From Mayamaea pseudoterrestris (lineage: Eukaryota), in the NCBI GenBank assembly GCA_027923505.1, contig BROI01000001.1, positions 2,046,001-2,110,000 of the forward strand: DNA of 64,000 nt. Direction: 5' to 3'. The notes beneath the pieces were generated by a model. The model ran no database searches. It had not been told where the DNA came from and saw only the letters and a program-made list of their open reading frames with translations. The stretch's first letter is position 1; the number at the start of each line of letters is the position of its first letter. The position numbers and the translations under genes were made by a program. Positions 36,305 through 47,108 of this stretch are shown piece after piece.

Positions 36305-37291
36305 TCAACCTTCCATAAAGTCTCCAGCCATTGCCACCGCTTGTAATACAGCTGCCTGCAATGCATCAATATCGCTCGCTGGCGATGGAAAGGCATAAGG
36401 TATTTGCAAAATCTTGGGCTGTTTCAGCGTAGCATCATCGTCGTCGTCGTCAGCATTCTCCCCGTCCTTCCTGCTTTTTACATTGGCCAGTACGTCAACC
36501 TCATGTGCGCTCGCCTTGACAATCAAGCCAGCCGGTCCAACGGCAGCGACGGCAACTTGATCTACCTCGTAAAAGTCGTATTGCGAGTCAGTCGCCAAGT
36601 TGTAGGCAACCAGCGCCTTGATTTCGGAATGAAAATCAGGTTCATTCAAGAGTCGCTGCAGCGAGGAGCAATCACGCGTCAAGAATCCAGCCGTTTGCCA
36701 CCAGTCGGGGTAGCTGTCTGTTTCTTTCAGCGCGTCGTACTCACGAGCCTTGGCCGAAACTTCCTCATGATGATCACAGTCCCACTCCCACTGTTGTATT
36801 TGCGCCGTCGCTTGAGTGTCAAGCTCATGCATATTGTCAATCAAACACTCCTCCTCCTCCGTCGATTGACAAGGTTTCGGAAAGGCGACTGGAACTAGTA
36901 GCGTCAAGCATTCCTCCTCGCACAATACAACCTCCAAGTCCACGTGTGCCTCATCGTACTTTGTCACTTGCACATGTTCAATTTGGTGCAACGCCATTTT
37001 ATGTGGTCCAAAGGCGACTGCGAGTCGCGCCAAGCTGCCGAGAATGTTTGGTGAGTGTAAAAACGGAGGAGGGCTTGTAAACGACTCGTTGGCGTCAACT
37101 TCTTCGTCGTCTTCATCGCAGTCGTCCAAGGCACAGTACTCGTCTGGACTATAGTAAATGGTTGCGGGTCTCGTAGTCAAGCTGCTGCGAGCTGTAGTAT
37201 GTACCAATGGCAAGAAAGCGTTCACGTCTACAAGCAAAGAAATGGCAATGGCTAGAAGAAGGCAGCCTCGGCATTGAAGCAGCTTCAACAT
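36305..37291 (-). CDS. Predicted plastid-targeted acidic protein (possibly DUF2470-like repeats)
   Basis: Signal peptide ending VNA|FLP (ASAFAP-like), followed by an S/T/R-rich transit-like stretch. The domain guess is weak. Confidence 0.65.
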   Translation of the reverse strand: MLKLLQCRGCLLLAIAISLLVDVNAFLPLVHTTARSSLTTRPATIYYSPDEYCALDDCDEDDEEVDANESFTSPPPFLHSPNILGSLARLAVAFGPHKMALHQIEHVQVTKYDEAHVDLEVVLCEEECLTLLVPVAFPKPCQSTEEEECLIDNMHELDTQATAQIQQWEWDCDHHEEVSAKAREYDALKETDSYPDWWQTAGFLTRDCSSLQRLLNEPDFHSEIKALVAYNLATDSQYDFYEVDQVAVAAVGPAGLIVKASAHEVDVLANVKSRKDGENADDDDDDATLKQPKILQIPYAFPSPASDIDALQAAVLQAVAMAGDFMEG

Positions 37292-37911
37292 GGTGATGTT
37301 TCAACAGCCCCAAGCAAATGAGCTGCAACAAGATGCGCTTGACGAATGTATCAAGGCTCTAGCTAGATGGTCATGTAATAGTATACGCAGTCTTTTTCTT
37401 TAATAGCTGACCACCTTGTCAAGGCAGCATCAACTCTGTAGAGGGTGCCGATTTGAATTGTGCAACCATGCAGAAGGCGAGATGGCTTTCTCTTCGCGAG
37501 TGGTTCTCAAATGAGTCATAGCGGTTCTCATTTTTAGCTTGGCTTGTTTTAGTTACTGTAGTGTTTTGATATGCAAGCCACACCATTAGTCGAGACGAGA
37601 ACGTCTTTAACAATGACCAAGTCAGTTTATGCAAGACAGTGGATGCGTTGAAGCTGAAGGGGAGACGGATAGTTGAATAGTATACGACGATCTTAACACG
37701 CACATATAAGGCGTTTGATGAGCTGTTTAGCTTGATAAACAATGCGGGATAATATAAAGCTTCTTGTTTTCGTTCCCGCAACGTAGCTTGCCCTGCGTAT
37801 TCTCGCGCATGCTCTTTCTGCCACTTGCGCTCTCTGGATGATTGCTTAGACGTCAGCTACCCTGCCGAACTCACTCCCTGTAAACCGCGATACACCCAAA
37901 CCGCCGACTGC

Positions 37912-39234
37912 CTAGATGATACTTTTACCCATGAGTGACGTAATGATTTGAATGCCAAGCTCGACCGTTTCCGTCACACCCTGCGCGTGCGAAAGACTCG
38001 GATTCACTTCCACAACGTCGGCGCTCGCCAAGTTACCAGTCAGTGCGACAGCCTCCGCAACGTAGTGCGCCTCGCGAAAGGTTAAACCTCCTCGGACCGT
38101 CGTACCCGTAGCTGGTGCCAATACTGGATCCACTGCATCAATGTCGTAACTGACATGGAGTGGTCGGTGTGGATCCTTGGAAAGCAAATGGTGAAAGACC
38201 ATCTCCATGACGTGTCCCATGCCGTGTCGGTCAATCTCGTGCATTGTGTATGCTTGAATGCCAAGTTTTTGAATGACGCGACGTTCCTCCGGATCAACGT
38301 CGCGCAATCCAATGTAAACAACCTGCGATGGATCCAGTCGAGGTGAATCTTTCAACCACTCCATGCCGGGTAGAGAGTGCCAACCATTTTCGGCGTCGTC
38401 CTTGTCGTTCGCAAAACTCGTCACTCCCCGCATCAACATTCCAACAGGCATGCCATGCATATTCCCCGACTCCGATGTCAATGGCGTATTCAAATCAGCA
38501 TGCGCGTCAACCCATATAATGCCAGTGTTTGGTGCATGCATCAACACTCCGGCCAAGGTGCCGAGACCAACCGAGTGGTCGCCTCCCAGCGTCAAGGGAA
38601 ACTCGTTGCGCTGGAGCGACTCGTAGACGGCGTTGCGGACAAGCTTTGCGCCAGCACCGACGCGTCTGCAGTTTTTGGCGTTTATCTTCTTGTCGTTGAT
38701 TGTAGTAGTTTCAGTGTCTTGGTTCTCCTTGACGATACCATTATCACTTGTCTGCTTGTCAAATTCCAAATCCCCCAAGTCATTGACTGTCCATCCGAGT
38801 GACTGCAGATCCTTGACAAGTCCAGCTTGTCGAAGCAGCAATGGACCATCATCCGTTCCAACGTGCGGCTGGCCATCCGTCATGGGCGCGCCCAACACGG
38901 CGCAAACGTTGCCTGGCGTGTGACGAAAGAGTTGCTGCCGCGTCGATAGGAAAAAGGTTGGCAAGACGCGATCTCTCACAAGGCCATGACCGGCTCCTGT
39001 TCGACGAGTAGATAAATCTTCACCTACGACTCCATCTTTGTTTTGGTCAGAGGAAGAAGTCGTTGTTCTTCCATTGTGCATCCATCGAGTCAAGAGGTCC
39101 GTGCTGCTGCTGGTGGCGGTCGGTGTCGCGAATCTTGTTCTTCGAATAGCTGCAGCTGCCTGGCCACGACTCACCGTACGCATAATGCCGCAGTTCATCA
39201 TTCCTTCAAATCGTTCGTTCGCTTCTACGTACAT
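37912..39234 (-). CDS. ARG: Arginase (true start probably near 39183-39201; mitochondrial-type presequence)
   Basis: GGDHS, WVDAHADLNTP..S.SGNMHGMP, IGLRDVD, SYDIDAVDP..APATGT.V.GG and VEVNP. Confidence 0.95.
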   Translation of the reverse strand: MYVEANERFEGMMNCGIMRTVSRGQAAAAIRRTRFATPTATSSSTDLLTRWMHNGRTTTSSSDQNKDGVVGEDLSTRRTGAGHGLVRDRVLPTFFLSTRQQLFRHTPGNVCAVLGAPMTDGQPHVGTDDGPLLLRQAGLVKDLQSLGWTVNDLGDLEFDKQTSDNGIVKENQDTETTTINDKKINAKNCRRVGAGAKLVRNAVYESLQRNEFPLTLGGDHSVGLGTLAGVLMHAPNTGIIWVDAHADLNTPLTSESGNMHGMPVGMLMRGVTSFANDKDDAENGWHSLPGMEWLKDSPRLDPSQVVYIGLRDVDPEERRVIQKLGIQAYTMHEIDRHGMGHVMEMVFHHLLSKDPHRPLHVSYDIDAVDPVLAPATGTTVRGGLTFREAHYVAEAVALTGNLASADVVEVNPSLSHAQGVTETVELGIQIITSLMGKSII

Positions 39235-39539
39235 GGAGTGCAGGAACTGCGACGAGAATATATGCAGCGTTGGTGGGAAATGGCCGTGACGAAAAGGCGC
39301 GGTCGAAGGAATCCTTGAGTGTCACTCCACGACTCATTTTGGCGATAATGAAACCTTTCGGTGCTTGCGATGATCCTCTCGCATTACTGTATGTCCGATG
39401 CAACGACAAGTCATGATAAGATCATGAATGCGATGGGTTGGTAAGCTAATCTGTTAAGCTATTCGCTTGCTGAGCGACGCGGATTGTCAAATGGAAAGGC
39501 AGTCAAAAAGGAGCTTCTTTATAATGGTATTGCTATAGT

Positions 39540-40985
39540 TCAGTCCTGCAACTGCACCACACCCGCTCGCTTTTTACCGGCTCGGAGAGTGAGTTCGTTA
39601 CTCTCCATAAAGTCTGATGCTGTCAGCGATAGTTTTTCATCCGTCAATTTTGTCTCGCCTAGTCGACCACCACCACCTTGGATGAGTCTTCGGGCCTCCT
39701 TCTTACTATCCACTAACTCGAGTCGCAGGAACAGATCCAATACACTAATGCCAGCTTCTAGCTCTTTGCTCGTTATTATAATGCGAGGAAGACTCTCCGT
39801 AGAGGATCCGGATCCTTTGAACATGCTTGATATTGTCTCGTGTATGGCAGAAAGACACTCTCGACCGTGTAAGAGCGCAGTCGCTTCGTCAGCTAGTATA
39901 ATCTTGGCCTGGTTAATCTCCGCACCTTCAAATTTTGAATATCCCTCAATCTGATCCAATGACAGCTCGGTAAATAGCTTCATAAATCTAATGACATCGT
40001 CATCGGCCGTGTTTCTCCAGAATTGCCAGTAATCATACTCAGAGAGCTTGTCCGCATTCAACCAGACGGCTCCTCCAGCAGTCTTACCCATTTTCTTTCC
40101 ATCGCTCGTCGTGATGAGTGGTGCCGTGAGTGCAAACAGTTGCGCACCTTCGATTCGTCGACCAAGCTCCGTGCCGCTCACCATGTTACCCCACTGGTCG
40201 CTTCCACCAAGCTGCAAGATTGTTCCGTATCTGCGATATAGCTCCAAAAAGTCGTATGCTTGTAATATCATGTAATTGAATTCCAAAAAAGAAAAGGGCG
40301 CTTCGCGAGTCAGTCGTTGCTTGACTGATTCGAACGACAGCATTCGATTGATCGTAAAATGAGTTCCATAGTCTCGTAGAAAATCAAGATACTTGAGTTG
40401 ATTCAACCAATCATCATTGTTGACCATGACTGCATCAGTGTCCTTGTCTCCAAACTGCAAGAACTTTGCAAAGACCTTGCTAATGCCCGCAATGTTTTGC
40501 TGAATCATCTCCTCCGTCAACATGACTCTTGATTCGTCCTTCCCAGTAGGGTCGCCGACTTTGGATGTTCCACCGCCGACAAGTACCACGGGCTTGTGCC
40601 CGCTCTGTTGCAAATGTCGCAGTATCATGATTTGTAGCAAGGATCCTACATGAAGCGAATCGGCAGTCGCATCAAAGCCCAAGTAAGCAGATTGTACTCC
40701 AGTCGAAAGTTTTTCGTCGAGCTCGACAAGTCCCGTACATTGATGCAGAAACCCCCGATCGCGCATCACTTTTAGAAATGGAGATTTCACTTTTGATAAT
40801 GCATCGGCTTCTTGCGCGTAAATGGAAGTGTCTTGGTCAGCCATGGGCGATGCGACGGATGATGCTGTCGAATGCAGACGCGTTTTCGAAGCAATGTTAT
40901 GCGGAGAAAACGCTGATTGAAAAGCACGAGCGCTTTTTAAAATGCACGAGGCAAACAAGAGACTCATGCTTATACGATGTATCAT
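39540..40985 (-). CDS. tyrS: Tyrosyl-tRNA synthetase, bacterial/organellar type
   Basis: YLGFDATADSLHVG (HIGH), GGSDQWGN, KMGKT (KMSKS) and a C-terminal S4-like domain. Presequence MIHRISMSLLFASCILKSARA|FQSAF. Confidence 0.95.
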   Translation of the reverse strand: MIHRISMSLLFASCILKSARAFQSAFSPHNIASKTRLHSTASSVASPMADQDTSIYAQEADALSKVKSPFLKVMRDRGFLHQCTGLVELDEKLSTGVQSAYLGFDATADSLHVGSLLQIMILRHLQQSGHKPVVLVGGGTSKVGDPTGKDESRVMLTEEMIQQNIAGISKVFAKFLQFGDKDTDAVMVNNDDWLNQLKYLDFLRDYGTHFTINRMLSFESVKQRLTREAPFSFLEFNYMILQAYDFLELYRRYGTILQLGGSDQWGNMVSGTELGRRIEGAQLFALTAPLITTSDGKKMGKTAGGAVWLNADKLSEYDYWQFWRNTADDDVIRFMKLFTELSLDQIEGYSKFEGAEINQAKIILADEATALLHGRECLSAIHETISSMFKGSGSSTESLPRIIITSKELEAGISVLDLFLRLELVDSKKEARRLIQGGGGRLGETKLTDEKLSLTASDFMESNELTLRAGKKRAGVVQLQD

Positions 40986-41419
40986 TCTATTACTCGGTTG
41001 ACTCACGGGATCAAGCCTGACTTGGTCGTGGAAATAAGGTTGCGCAATGTAATTTGGAGCCATGCCAAGGAAGTTTCGACGGAAGCGTGACGCGCGTACG
41101 TACGTCGTTCGACGTCGCAGTGGTTCAGATACTCGTGACTCAGAGTCCCGTAACGACATTATCGCTGATCCTTCATTTCGAATGCCGCGCGCAACGACCA
41201 TCTCACTTTCGACAAGCAGCCGCACATCCAGTCTCATCGCTAGACAAGCATCAGAGTCTCTCCTTGCTTGTTATCTGTCACTTACCGTAGCATTGTATCA
41301 TGTCACGTCGATCAGGCCGTCCTCAGGACCGCAACAATAAAATTCACGCCATCTCGTCTGTGGTTGAGACACTCTGCCGCCAGCAGTTGGCGATAGCTGG
41401 AAGTACCACCGACTCGGAC

Positions 41420-43575
41420 ATGAGCTGGATGGATGAACAGCTACAGGTACGTTAAGATTGAGTGTATAGGAATAAAGAATATGTATATCGAGTCCAAGTC
41501 ATGTCTGACAAGCTGCTTTCTGCCTTTTCTAACAGCTCTTTCAAAGTCGCGCTCGCGCATGCGCTGGAGCTGCCGTAGTTTCCTATTCGTCGGCTGCAGA
41601 CTTTGCTGGACGAACCGCAACGAGTGATTGGGAAACGGAAGAGGCTCGCATTGATACGCTTCTAGTCAAACATTTGAAAGCGGAGCTGGCTCGAGCCGGA
41701 CTCTGCTGCGATGGCAAGAAGTGCATTCTTCAAGCTCGCTTGAAAGAGTTTCTCTATCCGCAATTCCAACCGCAATCAATCAGCAGCAGCGAGGAGGATA
41801 TGGCGATGGATGTTGAACATGGAAATGACGGAGAAGAGGCTTTTAATGCTGCTGGAGTTAAGGAGCCGACGGGCGACAAGAACGTCTTGGGCCCGCGCAC
41901 GGATCTTTCGCCGGTGGAAGAAGCCGATTCACCTACTGACGGTCCAGACTCCCATGGACTGGCTCCACAATCTAAATCTCAATCTACTTGTGGAGCGGAT
42001 GCAGCTGGGGAACTAGATACTGACCAATACATGGGAGCGAGCGTTGCTGCCGCTAAGATGTCGGTTGATGTCATGGAAGATGACGCTCCCAAAGCCAACA
42101 AGGCCTCGAAAATGTCAATTGACGAGCCGGAAAAGATTGCTGGTCCCGACGTCGTTGACAATGATGCCAAAATGTCCACTGACGACGTTGCGCATCTGTC
42201 GCCCAAGAAATTTGAAGCGGGTACCGATGAGAACTTGAATCTCAGCCACCTTGGAGCTTCGCCCGGTCCCTCGGTACCAAAGATTCAATCTATGTCTCCA
42301 GTGGTTCCTAGCAGCTGCGATCGAAAGCGCTCGCGCTCACCACTTGGCATGGTTCAGTCTGCTTTGCAAATACGCTCTCCAAACTGCAGCCAAACAAAGG
42401 TTCAGAAGAAGTATCCTTGGCCCATGTCCCAGTCAAAGCAGCGCAAGAGTTCGGGCGATATTGACATGGTGGATGCACAAGATCTGTCAGCAACATTTGC
42501 TGTTCAACCTCCTGTTGCTCGATTATATCCAAGTGCTTCTCCATACAACTTTGCGTCTGCTACGACGGCCTCCGTAGCGCCTCGTGCATTCCAGGCAGCT
42601 CTCAGCACCAACAAGGTCGTCCCGGTGGGATTCATGGCGCCATCAAACGCAGACGGAGGCACTTCAGTTCTCAAGGGCGATGCACGAAAGAAAAATGAAG
42701 ATCGCAAGGCTCGCATAAACAACAAGATTAGAGTAAACGGACGTACGGACGAAATTCGAGCCATGGTACGTGTCGTACAAGGTTAGCGAGCAGCCTCGAA
42801 AAGGTGCATTGAGTCTAACATATCTTATACCTTTCTCCATTGGTTGCAGAGCAAGCCAGTTCCGCCTACGAAGCCATTGCTGCCCACTATATCGCATACG
42901 CAGATCTTTACGACAGTCAAGTCTGCAGGAAAGACAAATCCTCCGGCCGCCACTGAAATGAATACCACCAAGATGCTCCAGCAACAAATGCGGGAAAAAG
43001 CTATGAATGGCAGCAACTTAAACTGGGGTCAGACGATGGCGTCTGGCGTTGCTTCAAGTGCAGCAACCAAAACTACAAGTGTCAAGGCCGCTGGCGTTGC
43101 TGGCGTTCACAAGACACAAATGACCGAGTCGCTGAAGAAAGACAGCAACTTTAGTCCAACTCAGTCTGTACCAAGCAAGCAGCCAACGCTACACAAGAAG
43201 ATAGTACAAACCAGCCCGGTGCGCGCCATGTCCAGCCAGAAACCGACACCTGCGTCGCCATTTGATACGTACGAAATGTCTGATGGCGAGAACCACACAG
43301 TCGATTCGGAAGATGAAGAGGAGCGCGAAAAGAAGGCGAAGAAGTACATCCCCAATTGGGCGCGACCGCTGAATCTCAAAGTCATTTTGGAGAAGCAGCA
43401 TAAGCGCACAGATGATCCGGATGATACCTTCTTCCGCGTCACTACCTGCGACTTGGACGCCATTTTTGGCACGCTGTCTCACAAGTCCTACAGTCATCGC
43501 AACTCCACTGGCGACTGGGGTGATGATCATCGGCCGCACGAAAATTTGGTTCCCAAGCGCGCAGTTGGCTACTAG
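41420..43575 (+). CDS. INCENP: INCENP-like protein with N-terminal SAP domain and C-terminal IN-box (introns 41447-41535, 42766-42849)
   Basis: LLVKHLKAELARAGLCCDGKKCILQARL (SAP). C-terminal YEMSD…DSEDE…IPNWAR…DPDDTF…CDLDAIF…HRNSTGDW resembles the Aurora-binding IN-box with a TSS-like motif. Both introns join in frame. Confidence 0.7.
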
Positions 43576-44046
43576 GGCAATCCAATCTTGGGTGGAAATA
43601 TTCATGGCGAGCTTGTGTCATACTAGGTTCAACCTGAATTCTCTCCAGAAACATAAAATTTATAGCAATCATCATTGTCATGAACGTCTTTATGCTTTAA
43701 CAGAAGCTGATTCGATTAACTTTGCTACGTTTCGCATTACCTTTCTACGTAACGGCATGCCTAGATTATGGTACCGATGTGACTTTGTATTTCGCGAGTG
43801 CGACATCGAGATTCGACCGCGCATTCGCGACCTTCATTTTTTGGTGTGGAGGTGTTCTCTGACTTGGTTTAGCGACGTAACTAGTCATTCAAAAGTCTCT
43901 TGACGGATAGCATCAGTTGTTATTTTTTGTCTCTGGCTTTGTCTGACCATCCTCAAAGTTTCCGTCGTTCGCGTCGTCGCGCAGCGCATTGAAATTCACC
44001 CTTTGTCACTTGCACTTGACTTCAATTCCCTTGGTATCTTGGTACC

Positions 44047-46718
44047 ATGGTCGAATTTGGATTAAAGCTTGAAGACAATAAGGTTGCCGCTTGGGGAGAT
44101 CATTACATTCGCTATGAAGTGCTGAAAGAATGTCTTGATAAAGCCAAGAAGGTGCGGACCAAATTGGATCAGCTGAAGGAGAAACGGCCCGATGAGTATA
44201 TGAAAATTGTCGAATCAATGCAAAACGGACTACCAACGCCAAGCGCATCCAAGGAAAATCTATTGGCAACTGGTTCCGAAAACGATGAAAAGTCTCCTGG
44301 AGGACTGGAAACAATTGTCGAGCAAGAAGCCGAACAAACGAAGCCTCTTCTTCCCCAGACTCCGCCTCGTCCCGACGCCAACTACGGAGCGTTGCAAGAC
44401 ACGCCTTCCTTAATTGCACGATCCATGAGTACACTTAGCGAGTATTTAGGAATATCCTTTGAGCGACAAGTTCGCGATGCTGTCAAGGAACTCGACAAGT
44501 ATGCTCAGGAGTTTGACGTACTTCTCATGACGGACGTTGAGCGAGTGAATTCCTTTTACAATCGCAAGCTGGCCGATTTGCAAGGTCGTTTGGATCTACT
44601 CAAGGACGGAGTAGCTCAGACTTATAGTAAGCGACTGGTCGATCCAGAGACGATTCAGCATGGCGAAAATGAGTACTTGGAGACACCGCTTGTCCGCAAT
44701 CGCAAGAAGAGCATGGTCTTGGAGGCGGTGGAAAAGATTCAGCGACGAGGTTCGCAGCTTATTCACCGACGACCGTCGCCGTCAATGGACAATACCAACA
44801 CGCCATTAGGTGAAGGCGTCGGAGAAGAGAACGATCAAGATTTGAAGCAGGAAAAGATTCAGTGGGACCGTGAGGTCGAGTCGATTCAACGTGCGCTCAT
44901 GGATTTGTATCGACGTGCCAAGCTGCTGCAAAATTATGCCATTATGAACTATACTGGATTCATCAAAATTGTCAAAAAGCACGACAAGACACTCAAGGAG
45001 CATAAAGGCCGTTATCAACAAGCCATTCGCCCCGAAAACATTTGCAACGAAGGCAAGGCTGTTGAAAAGCTCGGCGAATACATGGAGAAGCTATACGCGG
45101 CTTGGTTCTGTGACCGAAATTTAAGTGAGGCGCGAGCGCAGTTGCTACCAAAGCGAGGGGACGGGCTGGAAATGGATTGGTCGCAGATGCGACTCGGATG
45201 TACGTGCAGCATGAAGCTTGACACGGCTTCAAATATTGCTCGTGATGTTGTTCTTACGCATCCTCTTTTCTTATTGATAGACCGCATGGGCATGTGCTCA
45301 ATACTTGGACTATGGGTTTGCTGGGACTGCATATGGGGGATGGTCAGCCATGGCGATCCAACGATTGGAGGGCGTGCAGCATTTCCGGTGTTTCGGGCGT
45401 GTGGCGGCCTACTGCTCCTCCAATGGTTTTGGGGATGCAGCGTCTGGATTTGGACGAGATATCGGATTAACTACATATTCCTCTTTGACTTCAATCCAAA
45501 TATGTGTGCAAGCCCCTTAACCATCTTTAACGAAGCTGTCGATCACTCGCTCGTGTTTTTGTTTATCATGTTGCTGTACTACAAGGCTGGAGCACATGCG
45601 ATTCCAGTCCATGCACCTGCTGGCATCTTTCCGCTAGCACTGATACTTTATACCATATACAATCTGCTGCTGCCATGGAGAACACGGCGGCTGATGTGGG
45701 GAACTATCTGGGGAGTTGTGACGGCACCTCGAACTTCACCGACGTTCTTTGATGGCTACGTCGGTGATATCTTTACCAGCATGGTGAAAGTCTTTCAAGA
45801 CTGGGCATGGACGCTCGGCTTTGCTCTCTCTGGTGACTGGCTGTTAGATCAGGATATCGCGGAATCTGGGAAACATCGATGGTCGCATACAACGTGGTAC
45901 AAGAATATCCTCATTCCCTTACTCACGCTCTTGCCGCTTGTGATTCGCTTCAATCAATGCCTCCGACGATTTGCAGACACAGGTCAGCGATTTCCTCACT
46001 TGGCTAATGCTTTCAAGTATGCTCTATCACAGACTGTCACTCTGTAAGTGAGATTTTTAATTGTTGATCGATTATTTCGAGCAAAACTGTGAGCTCATCG
46101 CTTGCCCTTCTCTGCAGGTTCGGTGCATTCCATCCCTTATATATGCTTAAAACGCATGACACGACATCAATTCGGTCCGGAAGTATTTTTCAAATATTTT
46201 GGGTGGCCACGTTTGTCGCGTCTTCCCTTTATTCTTTCACGTGGGATGTGTACATGGACTGGGGTCTAGGACGACCAGCTTATAAGTTCCTTGGTCCGCG
46301 TCTCATGTTCCCGAAACAGTTCATTTACTACATCATCATCGCCTCCGACTTTGTGTTACGGTTTGCATGGGTGTTGACTCTTGTTCCACCAAACTCGGGT
46401 GCCGACTTCGCACTGCCACAATATCTGACGGCTGTCTCCATGATGCTGGAATTATTTCGTCGTACCATCTGGGGGTTCCTACGCTTAGAAAACGAGCACC
46501 GCAATAACACAAGCGGCTATCGTAGGGTCGACTTCGTCCCGTTGCATTTCAGTACAGAACATAGTCATGGTTATAACCACGAAAAGGAACATCGTGGCTC
46601 ATCGGTATTGTTTGAGGTGGTGGTAGTGACACTACTTGTCTTGGCAGCATCGGTCGCAAGTGTAGTAGCTGCTCAGCATCAAACGGAAATGGTTCGACTA
46701 CAAAATAATGAGTTATAA
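44047..46718 (+). CDS. XPR1: SPX-EXS phosphate exporter (XPR1/SYG1/PHO1 family; introns 45200-45280, 46044-46117)
   Basis: MVEFG…YIRYEVLK (SPX), NYTGFIKIVKKHDK, RINYIFLFDF, GDIFTS, RFNQCLRRF, WDVYMDWGL, ELFRRTIWGFLRLENEH. Confidence 0.93.
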
Positions 46719-47108
46719 GTTAGTTAGCCATTTTAGCGCGCAAGACCGATTGGCAATATTGCCGAAGGATAATGTATATATCTTGTAGAGCCATTAGACA
46801 TGCTTATGGCATTCGTAACGTCGTTAATTGTGGTTACTAGGTCCTCGATGCGCGGAAAGGTAACGTTTGCATCGGAGCTTCAACAAACAAAAAAGTTTGC
46901 ACTGTGCTGCGCATCTGTAAGAATAGGATGGCCTCCTACTGCCAAAAGCCAACATTAATGGCTTCGTCGATAATGTGCTCGCGCTTGTCAATGCAAATGA
47001 AGCAGGAAAGCACCAAGAAGCACGGTTAAGTGCACCAGCACTGTAAATTCCTACATGGCCACACACAGATCACTGCCAAGTGTATATCCAACACATGTTC
47101 TGAACGCC

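Noticed and set aside
37650..37880. Possible H/ACA snoRNA or 3'-UTR intron downstream of arginase (TGCGGGA/TCCCGCA hairpin, AGAATA)
   Set aside because: The hairpin-H-hairpin-ACA spacing could not be made consistent.
17515..39234. Apparent arginine/NO cluster (NOSIP, RMT2, globin, arginase)
   Set aside because: The genes are interspersed with unrelated ones over 22 kb. NOSIP and RMT2 are general housekeeping proteins, so the link is mostly nominal.
40986..41237. Long N-terminal extensions given by the ORF track (TyrRS here; also at 9938, 28462, 52631)
   Set aside because: Downstream ATGs give typical N-termini or presequences, and the extensions run through promoter or UTR-like sequence.
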